A stretch of 64,000 nt of DNA, taken from contig MU626264.1 in NCBI GenBank assembly GCA_025603075.1, positions 62,001 to 126,000 on the forward strand, in the 5' to 3' direction. The DNA is from Neoconidiobolus thromboides FSU 785 (lineage: Eukaryota; Fungi; Entomophthoromycota). Made by a program: the position numbers and the translations under genes. The notes beneath the pieces were generated by a model. The model saw nothing but the letters and a program-made list of their open reading frames with translations, was not told where the DNA came from and searched no databases. Shown piece by piece: positions 26,401 to 38,883 of this stretch; position 1 is the first letter of the stretch; each line of letters begins with the position of its first letter.

Positions 26401-29400
26401 TAGAGTTTTATAACCCAGTTTATAATTTCCAATATTGTACCAATGTTATTTGTAGATATTTTCGAATGATATTTATAGTGTTTAAATAAAATTGTTTGTT
26501 TTATTCTTTTAATATGTTGATATTAAATTAGTGCTATACTTACAAACTTTAAGTTTTGTTTATTTGTTTATTTTTTTATTTACAATAAAAAACAGCTATT
26601 TAAGTAGAACTGTGTTGTTATGTAATATTCAACTTTACGTGAAATCATACTTAAGAAAATGTTATACTAAAAGCAAAAGAAACTAAGTTTCGTCTGTTGA
26701 AACGATTATAAAATATTATTTTGATTAATTGGTATTTATATTTATTAGTAAATATGTTTTTTATGACACTAACAAATATTAAAAGGTCAGGAGCAGTTGG
26801 TTTATTTATAAAATGCTATATAACATGTTTATTTGTAATATTTAAAAAAGTAAGTCTAAACTTGGGTAAACTTTTCAGTATTTTAGAAAATTGTATATTT
26901 GGAAAAACATAAGATTTTTTGTATTATACAAGTAAAATAAAGCTATTGATTGAAAGATTGTATAAAGTTTATCATTTTTTAGAATGAATTTAAATAATTC
27001 CTAAAGAAATTGAAGCATTACTTGTATAAATAAAATTATGAATTCACAAATCAGATTATTAATTTGTATATCAAAAGTCCTTTAGTATACAAATATTTAA
27101 TCCCAATTTCAGTAATCAAAATTATGTCTACTATGAATCCATAAATTATAATCATATAGTTAATTTAAAAAATAAAGGCACAAATACATTTAGTCAAAGA
27201 ACATTTGAGTATTAATATAGAATATTTAAAATAACAAAACGGCACTCAAAGTGAGAAAATGTATTGCTTGAGCCATAGGAGCTATTATTTGTAGATTTTT
27301 TATTAACTTGAATTAAATAACATTTGCTATGATATATATTAGCATCTACAGCTTTAGGTTGATTATGATATTTCCGATCTATAAAATTGACTACTTTAAC
27401 ATTTCTTGGAGGAATATCATATCAAACAAATTATTAATCGAAACATTACATTGTTTTAAAATAACCTCTTTGATTGAATTAGTGAATATAATTGCTAATA
27501 ATGTGGGTTGGCATTGTGCGCTCCTCGTTTTCAGTATATTCAACAATATAATGGCTTGATTTGATTCCCCGATTTACATAAAATATATTATGAATAGATA
27601 ATACTTGAATATTCTATAATTGTAAAATGAATTTAAGGGGAGACTCAAACGCAAATATTCCATTAGTATAAACTTCTTTTGACTGTGAAACAAAATGACC
27701 TTATATTAAATGTTGGTTTATTAAATCCAGAAGGTTTAGTGTGTATATTTATGAATATAAATTCATTGTTGTAAATAAAATTACATATTTAGCAATACTT
27801 TTTTGATTTTATAGATGTCACTTAAACAATTTAAAGCAGCTTTTTTTACCGGAGTATCTGTTAGTTTGAACATTTCCAGAGAATAAAAGTTACAAGTGTT
27901 GTTAAAATTTGAAGGAGATGAAAAGCTATCGACGATAATAGTTAACTTATTTAGCTGCCCGAATAATCCCTTTAACTTTTCAAAACCATTTGAACCAATT
28001 GAATCACTTGATTTTTAATATTATAAATCTATCAAGATCAAATAAATTGATGAGAAACTAAGACAACTAAATCACTAGCAGCAGATATTAATTCTTTAAC
28101 TTAGCATAGGGAATCTATGCGTCTTAGTAATATAGTTCCATAGTTGTCTTTAATGGTTGATGTTACGTTCTTTACATAGGAAAGTTTGTATGATATTAAA
28201 TTATTCAACATGCTAACGTCAGCTAACCCTGTGCAGTCAATATTTAACATTTGGACTTTGGAACATAATGGTATATAGTGGAATTCCCTGCTTATTATCT
28301 TTAAGTATCGCATATTGTTGTCATAGTTTTCATAAAATGAGTGTTGAATGTGAGAATGATATGATGAGCCTGAATAAACGGAATAGCACAAGTTATTGAA
28401 AATAAGCTAATTAATTTACTTACATAATGCTTTGTTAAAATCTTAAATCAAAAAACTCATCTTGGGTAGAAAGTAAAAGATAGCTTCAACTATAATGTCA
28501 GGTAAGTTATATAGTTTTAATATACTCATTTTACATTTTAAGCATAAGATAAAAAGTTCTGATTTTGCTATCTTTATAATGTTTTCAATATTGTATCTTA
28601 TGGAATAATTATCCTAATATTCATTTATTCACATTTTTAAATAAATATTATAAATAATAAGATATAGATTTTATAAAAGCTTAACACATATTTTGAGCCT
28701 TATTGTTTTATCTGTTTAATATGAAGTATTAAACTACTTTGAAATTAGATGATCTATATGACTTTAAAAAAGATACACTACACTACCTTAAACGAACTCT
28801 TTATTTTTATTGGATTATACCTAATTAGGATTGGGTACGTCTTAATTTATTACCTTCTACATAAACAATACAGCTACCAATGTTTAAGGTTATGAATTAC
28901 AATCTGGGTCTATTATGACATTTTCTCTGAAAATTTCTTCCACACATTTTTGTAAACATATCAAACAGCTAAAATTTACTCGACGCTTTAGAATTAGAAT
29001 TTTATTTTATTACTCTAATTTACAGGTACATATAAGTATCATGTATAGTTTATTTGATTACTAAATAATAAGTATTTAAAGTACAAAACAAACTTAATTT
29101 CTAGGAATTAAATATAGTTTTATTCATTAAAATAACACAAAGAACAAAGTAAAGCTTTATTTGTAGAGTGATTATAAGATAAGGTAGTAAAAATTGAAAC
29201 AAATAGAAAATTATGAACTTACGAAATGACATAATAACGCTGTTTTTTGTAAACAGTTATTTAACGTTTGTTCCTGATAGCAGATGATGACCACATGTTT
29301 TAGTTGATATCATTCATGTTTTATTGATATCAGATAATAGATATAATGAATAAGTTACTTTGAACTTGCTTTTACATTTTAAAGCTTCTAGAATATAATG

Positions 29401-29871
29401 TCAAAACCATTCCACAATGCAATGCTTAAAGAATTAATTTATAAATAGAATATAATAAATGGCATAAGTTTAATTAATAAAAATAATTGGAATTCTATTA
29501 TTCAATGTATATTTTGCGAAAAGTAATGTAAATAAGAAATAAAGGAGAATTTGGAGAATACTAATTTATTAAGTGGAGGGCATGCTTAAAAAGTAATATA
29601 TTGGATAAAAATTCAAAGTTCCAAAATGCCAATAGTATTGAAAATAAGACTATAGTATTTATATAATCTAACAACACATTGTAATGATATTATGATATAG
29701 TAGTTTATACGCTATTGCCTCAAAAGATCAAATCTATTTATCTATTTATCTATTTATCTTGAAATATTGATACATATGAAGTAAAGTGTTTGTTAGTTTA
29801 GTAAACATTTATTAAAATACTTTAAGAGAAGGCACAAATGAAAAATAAATAATTAATAGAACTTGAGCATA

Positions 29872-30609
29872 TCAGACTTTTTCTCCGCGTATAGAGTAGA
29901 AAGTACAGTTACCACCGCTCCTCTTAGCTCCACTATCTTCTTGGAAAGTAATAGCTTGTTTAATTGGAGGGGTATAAAGATGGAGAGAGAGGGCTGGTTT
30001 GTCACTATTGTAGTTTGCCACTCTATGTAAACCTAAGTTATCGTGCATGTAAGTGACCTGATCTTTAGAATAAACTGTATTCTTGTAATTATTCATCTTT
30101 CTACAGCATTCAGTTTGAGCGCTACTCTCTTCAGGCCATTCATATAATTGCTCTTGTAATTCACCATCTAATATCTTCATAATACAATGAGAGCCGGCAT
30201 GGTCATGTATAGGACTCTTTTGGCCATTATTCCATGCTAATACGATTAGGTTAAATTCGCCATTACCGTCGTCAACCAAGTTACGAGTATATTTGTTATT
30301 ATCAAAATGTGCATATTTCTCCCAATCCGAAGAATTAGACTGGTAGTTTTCCATTAGCTTCTGAATCTTTTTTACATTCACTTTATCAGAGTCTAAACCA
30401 TACTCACCTAACTCAATACGTATGAGCTTAACCAACTCATCCATATCCTTTGGCGTTACTACCTCTTCTTCGATATCATCATCTGAGCTAGAGCTTTCAC
30501 TTTTCAAAGTGTCTTGTCTTTCAACTTTTTTAGGAGAAAGAGATCTATTTAACCAAGTAGGTAAAGCGATACTTGGTTTAAATTTATTAAGGTTAAAGGT
30601 AGATAACAT
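29872..30609 (-). CDS. CDO1: Cysteine dioxygenase (cupin), intronless
   Basis: YTRNLVDDGNGEFNLIVLAW, SPIHDHAGSHCIMKIL, LGLHRVAN, SLHLYTPP: the His triad and Cys/Tyr crosslink residues are present. First ATG is at 30609. Confidence 0.95.
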   Translation of the reverse strand: MLSTFNLNKFKPSIALPTWLNRSLSPKKVERQDTLKSESSSSDDDIEEEVVTPKDMDELVKLIRIELGEYGLDSDKVNVKKIQKLMENYQSNSSDWEKYAHFDNNKYTRNLVDDGNGEFNLIVLAWNNGQKSPIHDHAGSHCIMKILDGELQEQLYEWPEESSAQTECCRKMNNYKNTVYSKDQVTYMHDNLGLHRVANYNSDKPALSLHLYTPPIKQAITFQEDSGAKRSGGNCTFYSIRGEKV

Positions 30610-32452
30610 AGTTTTCAATTTTTTTTTGGTTCTAAAATTCTGTTTCTGCCCTTTTTATACCTCTCGACCTGTCAAAATTTGACTCCAATTGCAACTGACT
30701 CATCCCTAATTTATTTCATAATATATTCAGTTTAAGCCAATTATATTCCCTTACACGATTATCAGCTGATGATACCTATTAATATTATTATTTTGGCTAA
30801 TCCATTGCTCCAATCATCTTTTCTCATAAGGTGATAACATAAGTGGTTGAAACAGAAGAACTTAATCTTATTTTTAAAGCCTTTTATTTTTACAAAATTT
30901 TCTGTTGTTATGCTCATTTATTATATAGTATTAATAAATTCCACGTAGTCATTAAACCTTTAATTTTACAAAATAATACTAAAATTCATTAGCATAAACT
31001 ACTTATTCATTTTTGATGTTATTTTCAACTATTAACTTGATATATTATTCCAATCAAATCACATAGTTAAGAGTTATTATTATTAAATCATTATTTATTA
31101 TTTAAAAATCCACAAATTTTCCTAACCCTCAGTTACTTATTATTTAAGCTTTTTCTTTGTTTATCCTCCTTTTTTGAACTTAATTTATAAACTATCTGAT
31201 TTTATCAAATTTAGCTCTCATTTAATTGTTGTAAGCTTGGTATTTTAAATAAATATCCGTTTATAATTTAGTTATCAAAACAGTCATGCTTTTATATTAA
31301 CTTGTTATAGTTATAAGATTAATTATGATTGTAATGGAGAGCTTCTTTCACATCAGTTTTACGGCAGTGAGATTTCAAGCTATAGGGTATTTTTAATTTT
31401 AAATAATAAATAGATTCAAAAAATACTATCAAAGCCTACTACAGGGATAAAAGTTTGATCATAGAGGTAGTGTACATCTCAATAAGGCTTATAGTAGTAT
31501 AATAATTTTAATAAAGATAAATAATACTTTGTAAAAAAAGCTTGTTACTAAAATTAGTAGCAACGGATCATAAATTCAAACTCTTTTATGTATGGATTTA
31601 TTTGTTATAATATAAGCCTTTAATTCTATTGAAAATTTATATTATATCATATTAAATGAGTAAAATAAACTATTATCTGATTTATAGTTTAGAGCACAAT
31701 TGCTCATAAAAAAGGACTCTCTTATTAAGCTGCTTTTACCACGTGGAGTTGTGTACCTCAAGAAGAGTTAGTAGAGGAAATTTGGTTAGTTATCTCTGAT
31801 ACATGTAAAATACCCACATGTATCCTTAATACGCTTTTGTTTTGTTATTTTAATAAGGATCATATGATATTTAAGTTAAGTAATCATACATTTGCATAAG
31901 AAGCATCATATTCACAAAATAAAAACTACTTAAATTTATAACTAAAGGAGAGAAGGGGGAAGTCTAATGCAGAAAAATCTTCGAAGATTAAAGATGTTAT
32001 CTCTATTGAGCTTTTAATACAATTTTTTATTATACATAACATAATACAGTCGCTTTTATAATATCAAAAAATACAAAAGATTAAAAGATTAGAATTAAAT
32101 TGTAGAAAAAAACAATAAATAAAAGTAGAAATAAAAGCAAAAAAAATACTTTCACATACAATATTCAAAAATTTTAGAATTGGAAAAGGGCTAGTTTAAT
32201 TTTTCTGAATTGAGGTGTGTAGGCTGGCTATATGTTTTAGATACTCCTCAAAGCCAATATCAATGTTATCATTATCCTTAAAATAGCTTAGTACAATGAA
32301 TACCACTGATAGTAATTTTGGGTTAAATATACTGCATGTGAGAATTTATTTATCCTTTGCTACTTCATAGCGTTTCACACTCAAGTCAAGTAAAGATGCT
32401 AGTAGTGCAACAAACTGAACTTAATCTATTTGTTTAAAATCAACTATCATAT

Positions 32453-32547
32453 GAGGATATATTTTTTTGTTTAAGAATTACTAATAATCTTTCTACTCAA
32501 TAGCGCTTAAAAAACAAAGAAGTAATGAAACCAAAAAAAGCATCCCC
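32453..32547 (+). mobile_element. MITE copy with ATAT TSD
   Basis: ATAT-GAGGATA...CATCCCC-ATAT, 95 bp. Confidence 0.88.
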
Positions 32548-33858
32548 ATATATTCTACATCAAAATGTTAATAATCTCTACTTTTTATCTCATATATTAT
32601 GTATGCTGCTGATATAAATCTTCATGCTCAAAATTAAATGCATAAGCTATTATTACATCTGAAAATACTTTAGTAATAGATAAAAATAATTATAGCTAAA
32701 AACTCTATGTAATAGTTTGTCTCAATAAAGAATAACGTATAATGAAGGCTATTAATTTGAAGAACGCTAGAGCATTAGGTTAGGCCTTGTAACGACTGCT
32801 ATATTGTCTAAAGTAGCAAATTAATATCCTGAAATCACGGTGACTGAATTACATATAACATGGTATAATTTGATGTTGTTTGCTTCAAGAGCTTTCAATT
32901 TATCTGATAAGTCAGATCTGTAAATTTAAAATGCGCCTACTGTATTATATGGCGTCAGTAATAAATTTAAGTCCTATGGTGTAAAGAAGTCCGAAAGATA
33001 AGTTACTTAAGCAGGGGTGTTAAATATACCATTATAAAGGATAGTAGCTGGACTAGATGTTTGTCTCATAAATAAAGTCATAGCCACAACTATTTTGAAA
33101 ATTTAAAAATAAATTTAAGCAGCTAAATATTTATAAGCTTTCTATTATACGTTAAGGAAGTGCAAAAAAAATCAATAAAGTCAAAAGTTAATGACGTATT
33201 GAGGATAAATTACAGCTCTGCAAATAATTTGACATTATCCATACTATTTACTTGCACTAAAGAAAGTAGCATAATCCCTTTTAATAGACAGACATCAGGG
33301 TATACATTAGTATTTACAACGAGCATATATATGGGGGAAGCTTGTAATTAGTACTGAAATTATGAGACTTAGGAAAAATCCGATAGTAATAAGCTACAAA
33401 ATTTTTCATATTATGAAAATTTATATTTAAGGTAGAAAGCAAAGCTACACATAAAAGCTATATTGAGATATGATCATGTATAACTATTTTACAGGAACAA
33501 TATTAAATATTACTAGTATAGTGTATTACCAATTTGCTTAATACTAAATTATAATTTGAATCAGCCAGATTATTACAATGTTCTACTCTTGAATTAATCT
33601 ACTGACATTAGATGCAATATAAGTTATGTATCAATCAATCTTATCAATAAATGGAGTTTTGGGCAAAAAACTTTGCCTAGCTTTTAAAAGGAGCCAAAAG
33701 TATTTTTTTAACCTGTTGGCTTATTTTTAATTTTGCCCTAAATATGTCCAATAGGGCATAATACAAAACCCCCTTTAATATACCGTTTTAAATATTGAGT
33801 GTATGTAATAAAAATATAAAAAAATAGAAATGAAAAGCTTTTTGTGAATTTATTAACC

Positions 33859-35193
33859 ATGAAACTAATTTTTAATTTGTTATCTGATATATTGTTAGAA
33901 GAGATATTTCTATTTATAAGTCCAGAAAAATTGATTGAATTACGCCTTTTAAATAAAGTAATATGTAATATTATAAACAATATTATTAGAGTGAATTTAA
34001 TTTATTCAAAATACAATCACAACACATTTAGGCAATACCAACAGTACCAACTAAAGTTTATAAAGGAGAACGGCTCAATAATGAGGCATTTAAATATAAA
34101 CAGTAATGAAATCGAATACATTAATTATTGTCCTAATATAATATCCTTGTATTATGAGCACTTATCTAATAATAGTAGTATAAAAGAGATCAAAATGGAG
34201 TTACCAAAGTTAAAGAGAATTATTATAAAGTCATCAGATATTAGTTCTACACAGTATTTAGACCTATTTAGGAACTATTTGTTTCAAATTGAAATAATCG
34301 AAATGTACGGCCATAATGGAGATATACAATCGATTGTTAACTATTTAAACCCCAATATTTTAAAGTCGTTTATATTCCACTCTTCAAGTAGAGATTTGTA
34401 TCTTAATGGAATGGAAGCTATTAAACATAGCTTTAGCAAATTATCTTTTTTACAGTTAAAATCTAAAAATTATATTATTACTCCATGTGAATTTGATTCC
34501 AGTATAAACTTTACTTCTCCACTAAACTTAGATATTGAAGGATTGCTAGACATTGATTTTAATATTGATTATTTTGGGACTTTAGACCGACTAAAAAGCG
34601 TGAAGCTAAAGGACAAACTAGGTACATTTTTTGAAGTTGGAAGTAATTATTCCAAATTAATTAGGGTTTCTAATTTAATAACTTTAGGACACTTTGATTT
34701 TATTAAACCAACAACTTATGATTTGATAAAGCTACCCACTTTAAACCAAATTTATATTAAAGAGCTATCAAAGAAGTCATTAAAATCAATAGCCTCATTA
34801 CCAAATATACAGACAATTTATTTTGATAAACTAGATTTTAGTATTGAAGACACATTTAAAAAGTATAATATAAATGGAAAAAATATTTATGTAAAAAAGT
34901 ACTATCAGCACATATCTAGTAAAAGGAATTTATTTAAATGTAAATTTATAAAGCAAGTTACAATTAGTTATTTGAGTACTACAATGGAAGACTTTTTGTG
35001 CTTCTTATCTTTCTTTCCAAACCTTGAAGTAATTAAAATTAAAAAGTGGAATTTGGCCAACAAGTATATAGGAGTTAGCTATAAGATTACTTCTCCTTTG
35101 CTTCTTATTGCACCTACCGGACCTCATATGGACATAATGTGCTATAAAAAACTAGAGCAAATCGCAATGCTAAATTGGATGAAATTAAGCTAA
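33859..35193 (+). CDS. F-box/leucine-rich-repeat-like protein (copy A)
   Basis: N-terminal F-box-like LSDILLEEIFLFISPEKLIELRLLNKVI, followed by LxxL-type repeats; clearly paralogous to 62495-63793. Confidence 0.75.
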   Translation: MKLIFNLLSDILLEEIFLFISPEKLIELRLLNKVICNIINNIIRVNLIYSKYNHNTFRQYQQYQLKFIKENGSIMRHLNINSNEIEYINYCPNIISLYYEHLSNNSSIKEIKMELPKLKRIIIKSSDISSTQYLDLFRNYLFQIEIIEMYGHNGDIQSIVNYLNPNILKSFIFHSSSRDLYLNGMEAIKHSFSKLSFLQLKSKNYIITPCEFDSSINFTSPLNLDIEGLLDIDFNIDYFGTLDRLKSVKLKDKLGTFFEVGSNYSKLIRVSNLITLGHFDFIKPTTYDLIKLPTLNQIYIKELSKKSLKSIASLPNIQTIYFDKLDFSIEDTFKKYNINGKNIYVKKYYQHISSKRNLFKCKFIKQVTISYLSTTMEDFLCFLSFFPNLEVIKIKKWNLANKYIGVSYKITSPLLLIAPTGPHMDIMCYKKLEQIAMLNWMKLS

Positions 35194-35559
35194 ATAGTTA
35201 ATTAGGACACCGTTTACTTCTGGTTATCTATTTAATTAAACAATTGATTGGGTTTACTGAAATAAAAATTATATTTAGTTATAAGTTATCTATCTTTAAT
35301 TTTGAGTTTTGTATCGTACTTCTGAAATATTATCTTAATGAACAATATACTTTTTAATACAATGATATGTTACAATGGCTTATTTTTTGTAAAAATGAAT
35401 GTATATGATCCTTTCAACTAAATTTTTTATATTTGGGGTTGTTTGAATTAGTTTCATTATTTTATCCAATTTTTAGAAAAATTTGTATTTTAAAAACTTC
35501 GCTTAAAATTCTATAAAATCAAATCTTTTATTAAAACAAAAGTATCCGGACACAGTTCT

Positions 35560-35910
35560 AAATCATTCTATTATAGTTTATGCTGTAAGTTAGTTGAATT
35601 TCTACTAGATCTTAAATATATATTCTTATAAAACTTTATTGAGAAATATTTATTATTGGCTGCTTTATAATCAACATTGCAGATTTGTTATCAAATAAAT
35701 AAACTATTTTAATGCTACAATTGCATTATTAATATATTGTCAAGTTAATAAATAGCTGCATGGGAGGGAGTGGTTAGCCCCAAAACTATAACTAACGATC
35801 CCTATATAGTACAATAATAGTTTTTACATATTATTACAGTTGCTTGTTCTTTGACTATTTATTAACTTAGTTATTAATAACTTAAGTAATCTTAACGTTT
35901 AATAATCTAT
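35560..35910 (+). repeat. Family B repeat copy inside the transposon's 3' arm
   Basis: 35741-35796 aligns gap-free to 59772-59827 (42/56 identical). Confidence 0.75.
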
Positions 35911-36063
35911 TTCTATCATTCAACAAACTACTTACTTGCTTAGTAAATACCGAAAATTTTAAATTCTCTGTTATCTTCGTAAGGTAAGCTGGGATTGATC
36001 TTTTAGTTTTTCTATTTTCTATAGACTCTATAGCTTTAATTGGAACTATATCGCTTTTTTTTT

Positions 36064-37622
36064 TTATGTATCAGATACTGGATAACAATGTAGTTTATTG
36101 TTATGTTTAATAAAGTGTAAATACTTCTTAACGCCCTGCATCTCTATTATTCTTTTTATATTTTTGTTTCTTTCATACTTTTTAAAAATTATATCTGTTT
36201 TCCCATTATTAACAGTTGAGTTATTAATTTTATTATGCTCACAAATAAAAGCCTCAAATCTTGAAATTAATTGATTAATGTCTTCTATTTTACCTAATGC
36301 TTCAAAATTACCTTTCTATTTTGAAAGGTTTCCAAAATGTCCATCAACTATACTTTTTCCATGATACTCAGCAAAAAAATTAAGATTAACATTCAAACTA
36401 TTATTTATTTTATGAATTTGTTTAAACATATAATGTAGGAGCTCTTGGGATCTAAAATGATTTCCTGTATCTGCCCATATATTAACTTTTGTAAACTTTT
36501 TAAATAAAAGCTCTGTGAGATTAAATCGATTAAACAATCTCCTGCATATGCTGAATCGTGATTCAATATTTCAGATAAATAATCAAAGTAAACTTTGCCT
36601 ATTGTTTTATCATCTTTTAAATATAATACACCAAAGCCTAATACTGATATAGCTTGTTTATTATAATGATCTAGATTTATTGAATCTGGCCTTGTTCCTA
36701 TTTCCATATTTTGTTTAAAATCTAAAATTATTATACAGCTTTTGTTATTTAATTTTTTGATAGTTTCATTAAATGTGTTTTTTTGAGTATCAACACAGAA
36801 TTTGTATAATTTATATAATTTGTATGATTTGTATGATTTTTCTTCTTCATTGAAAATTTCTTCTATCTCTGCTTTGTTTTTTATTGCTGTATTTATTTTA
36901 TTTTCAAATAACTTTCCTCTAACTGTATACTGGGCACATGTATTACATAGATCCATTTTTCTTGCTGGATTTTTGAAATTACTTGGTATATATTCAAAGA
37001 ACGTTGACCTGGCTACTGCTTTATCTCTTAGTTCATTCAAATATTTACTATATATCATTCTTCTACTTTTATTTAATATATATATATTATCTGATGAATA
37101 TTTACTATCATTATTTTTTTTATTAAATCTTGATGAAATAGTTGAATCATTTAGTAAATATTGTATAATAGTTTCAATTTGCTCGTCTTTAATTTTTTTG
37201 TATTTTTATATTTTTGTATTTTTGATAATAGGTTGTAATGTTGATACTTTATTATTATTACTTATTTTTGAATAATTATATTGATTTCTGTTTATATTAA
37301 ACCCAAAACTCTTACATTCATCAAAAGAATATACTGAAGCTATAGTTGATAATAACACTACTTGTTGATTTTTGTTTTCTGTTTCCCTCAAAGCACTAAT
37401 TTTATACGTTGCTTGATTAAGTTTATTATTATCGATAGTAAACTTTGATAATATATCTTTTCTTTGTTTTGTTTTATTATAAAATTCCATAAACCTTGGG
37501 TTGTTATAAGTAGCTTTTAAAATTGATGTAAACGAATTACAATGTTTATATTGTGTACTCCTCCCTATCGTATTGAAATTTTCAAAAATTCTATTTCGAA
37601 GTTTAGCTATGAAAGTTTGCAT
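36064..37622 (-). pseudogene. DDD transposase pseudogene (~520 codons), Sola-like
   Basis: Motifs KMDLCNTC, IILDFKQN (D1), IWADTGNHFRS (D2), FAEYHGKSIVDGHFG (D3). Lesions: in-frame TAA at 37206-37208, a 1-nt frameshift in ~36485-36540, and TAG at 36316-36318 (probably from TGG). Confidence 0.8.
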
Positions 37623-38087
37623 TTTATTTTTATTTCAACAAAAAATAAAGTCAAATAACTGTATTTATATAGTTATATAGTTATATATTATATATCTATT
37701 AAATATCTAACAGAACTAACATAAAACATGTAGTTAGGAAAATTAGCTATTTAAGAAAAAGAAACAACTAAAATAAGTTTTAAATAGAGATCTAATTTAG
37801 GCTTTTTAGATTTAGCCGTCACATTAGACATAAATTTAAAAATTTAAAATTTGGATTAACTAAGTAAATTCTGAAACCAATTAGGACAACTCCATTATAT
37901 AACATATAGTGGTAAAAGTTTAACAAAAATATAGTGAAATTAAAAGTATAGCAATATGTTCTTCAATAATAGTCATAGGCGGAAAAATACAAGTTTAAGT
38001 CAACAATAAAAAGAAAAAAGAAGGAATTAAAAAGAAAAAAAAAAAATATAAAAAAGCCAAAATGTCACATAAAATGTTAATTTAAAA

Positions 38088-38883
38088 ATGGCTCTTAGTA
38101 ATTTTGCATATGCTGGTATATCACTTGTAGCATCTTTTTTCATACTTAGTATAGCTTTTTATATTGTTAGCATTATGTACAAGCGTATAAGAGAAAGTTA
38201 TGAAAGAGAAATAAATAGCGATAGAACAGCACAAGTTGGAGGTAATAATACGACAATTCAATTAAGCGAAATAAGGATTGAAAACAACTTGAAAAATAAG
38301 ACTAAATTTAAGGCAACTGTTGGAGAAGAAGAAAGGATAATACTAAAAAAAAATGATACTATATATTTTAATGATAACTGTATAATACAAGCAAAAAAAT
38401 ACAAAGTGAATCCAGAATCGATGTATTATGAAATCGAATTATTAGATTTTGATGAAAGTTTTGAGCTTTTATTTGGATATGCGAATAAAAGTAGTAGCAA
38501 AATTCATGGTAACTATTATATATATATATTTACAAGTTTACTAATTTAATACAGAATTACATATACTACTAAATAGTAAAATATACGGTGTGAATATAAA
38601 TGAAGAGCAATACTCGAATACATTTGTGCATACTCTTAAACGAGGAGATATTATAGGTTGTTTTTATGACTTATCATTAAACGAAGTCACATTTACTTAC
38701 AATGGTAGTGACTTATGTTACTATCAGTTTAATCAAACTTTAATGTATCCCACTATTTATAGTACTAAAGGTACTTTAGTGAAATATAATCTTGGTGATC
38801 AACCTTTTCATTACCGTCGTGCTAATCAACTTAAACTTGGTTTAGAATGCAATTATATCCAAGAGTTACCTCCTAGCTATTAG
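38088..38883 (+). CDS. Single-pass membrane SPRY-domain protein with C-terminal PPxY (Ssh4/Ear1-like Rsp5 adaptor); intron 38509-38554
   Basis: N-terminal hydrophobic TM. SPRY motifs MYYEIEL, KRGDIIGCFYD, VTFTYNG, MYPTI, VKYNLGDQPF; ends LPPSY. The intron splices in frame. Confidence 0.78.

Larger units (their letters stand above)
35435..37893 (-). mobile_element. Sola-type DNA transposon (~2.46 kb), non-functional, putative partner lineage of the MITEs
   Basis: Left end GGGGTTGTTTGAATTAGTTTCA vs reverse complement of right end GGAGTTGTCCTAATTGGTTTCA (17/22 identical); flanks ATTT/ATTA; contains a DDD transposase pseudogene. Confidence 0.75.

Noticed and set aside
28101-28391. 96-aa minus-strand ORF as a gene
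   Set aside because: Non-ATG start, no recognisable domain, and it lies in a region of decayed plus-strand LRR-like relics.
36316-37208. Programmed readthrough or frameshifting or a variant genetic code rescuing the transposase
   Set aside because: Two different stop codons plus a frameshift are more simply explained by decay, and host genes use TAA, TAG and TGA as normal stops.
36802-37275. 157-aa hydrophobic ORF on the plus strand as a membrane protein
   Set aside because: It is antisense to the Lys/Asn-rich transposase; the hydrophobicity is the expected mirror of A-rich codons.
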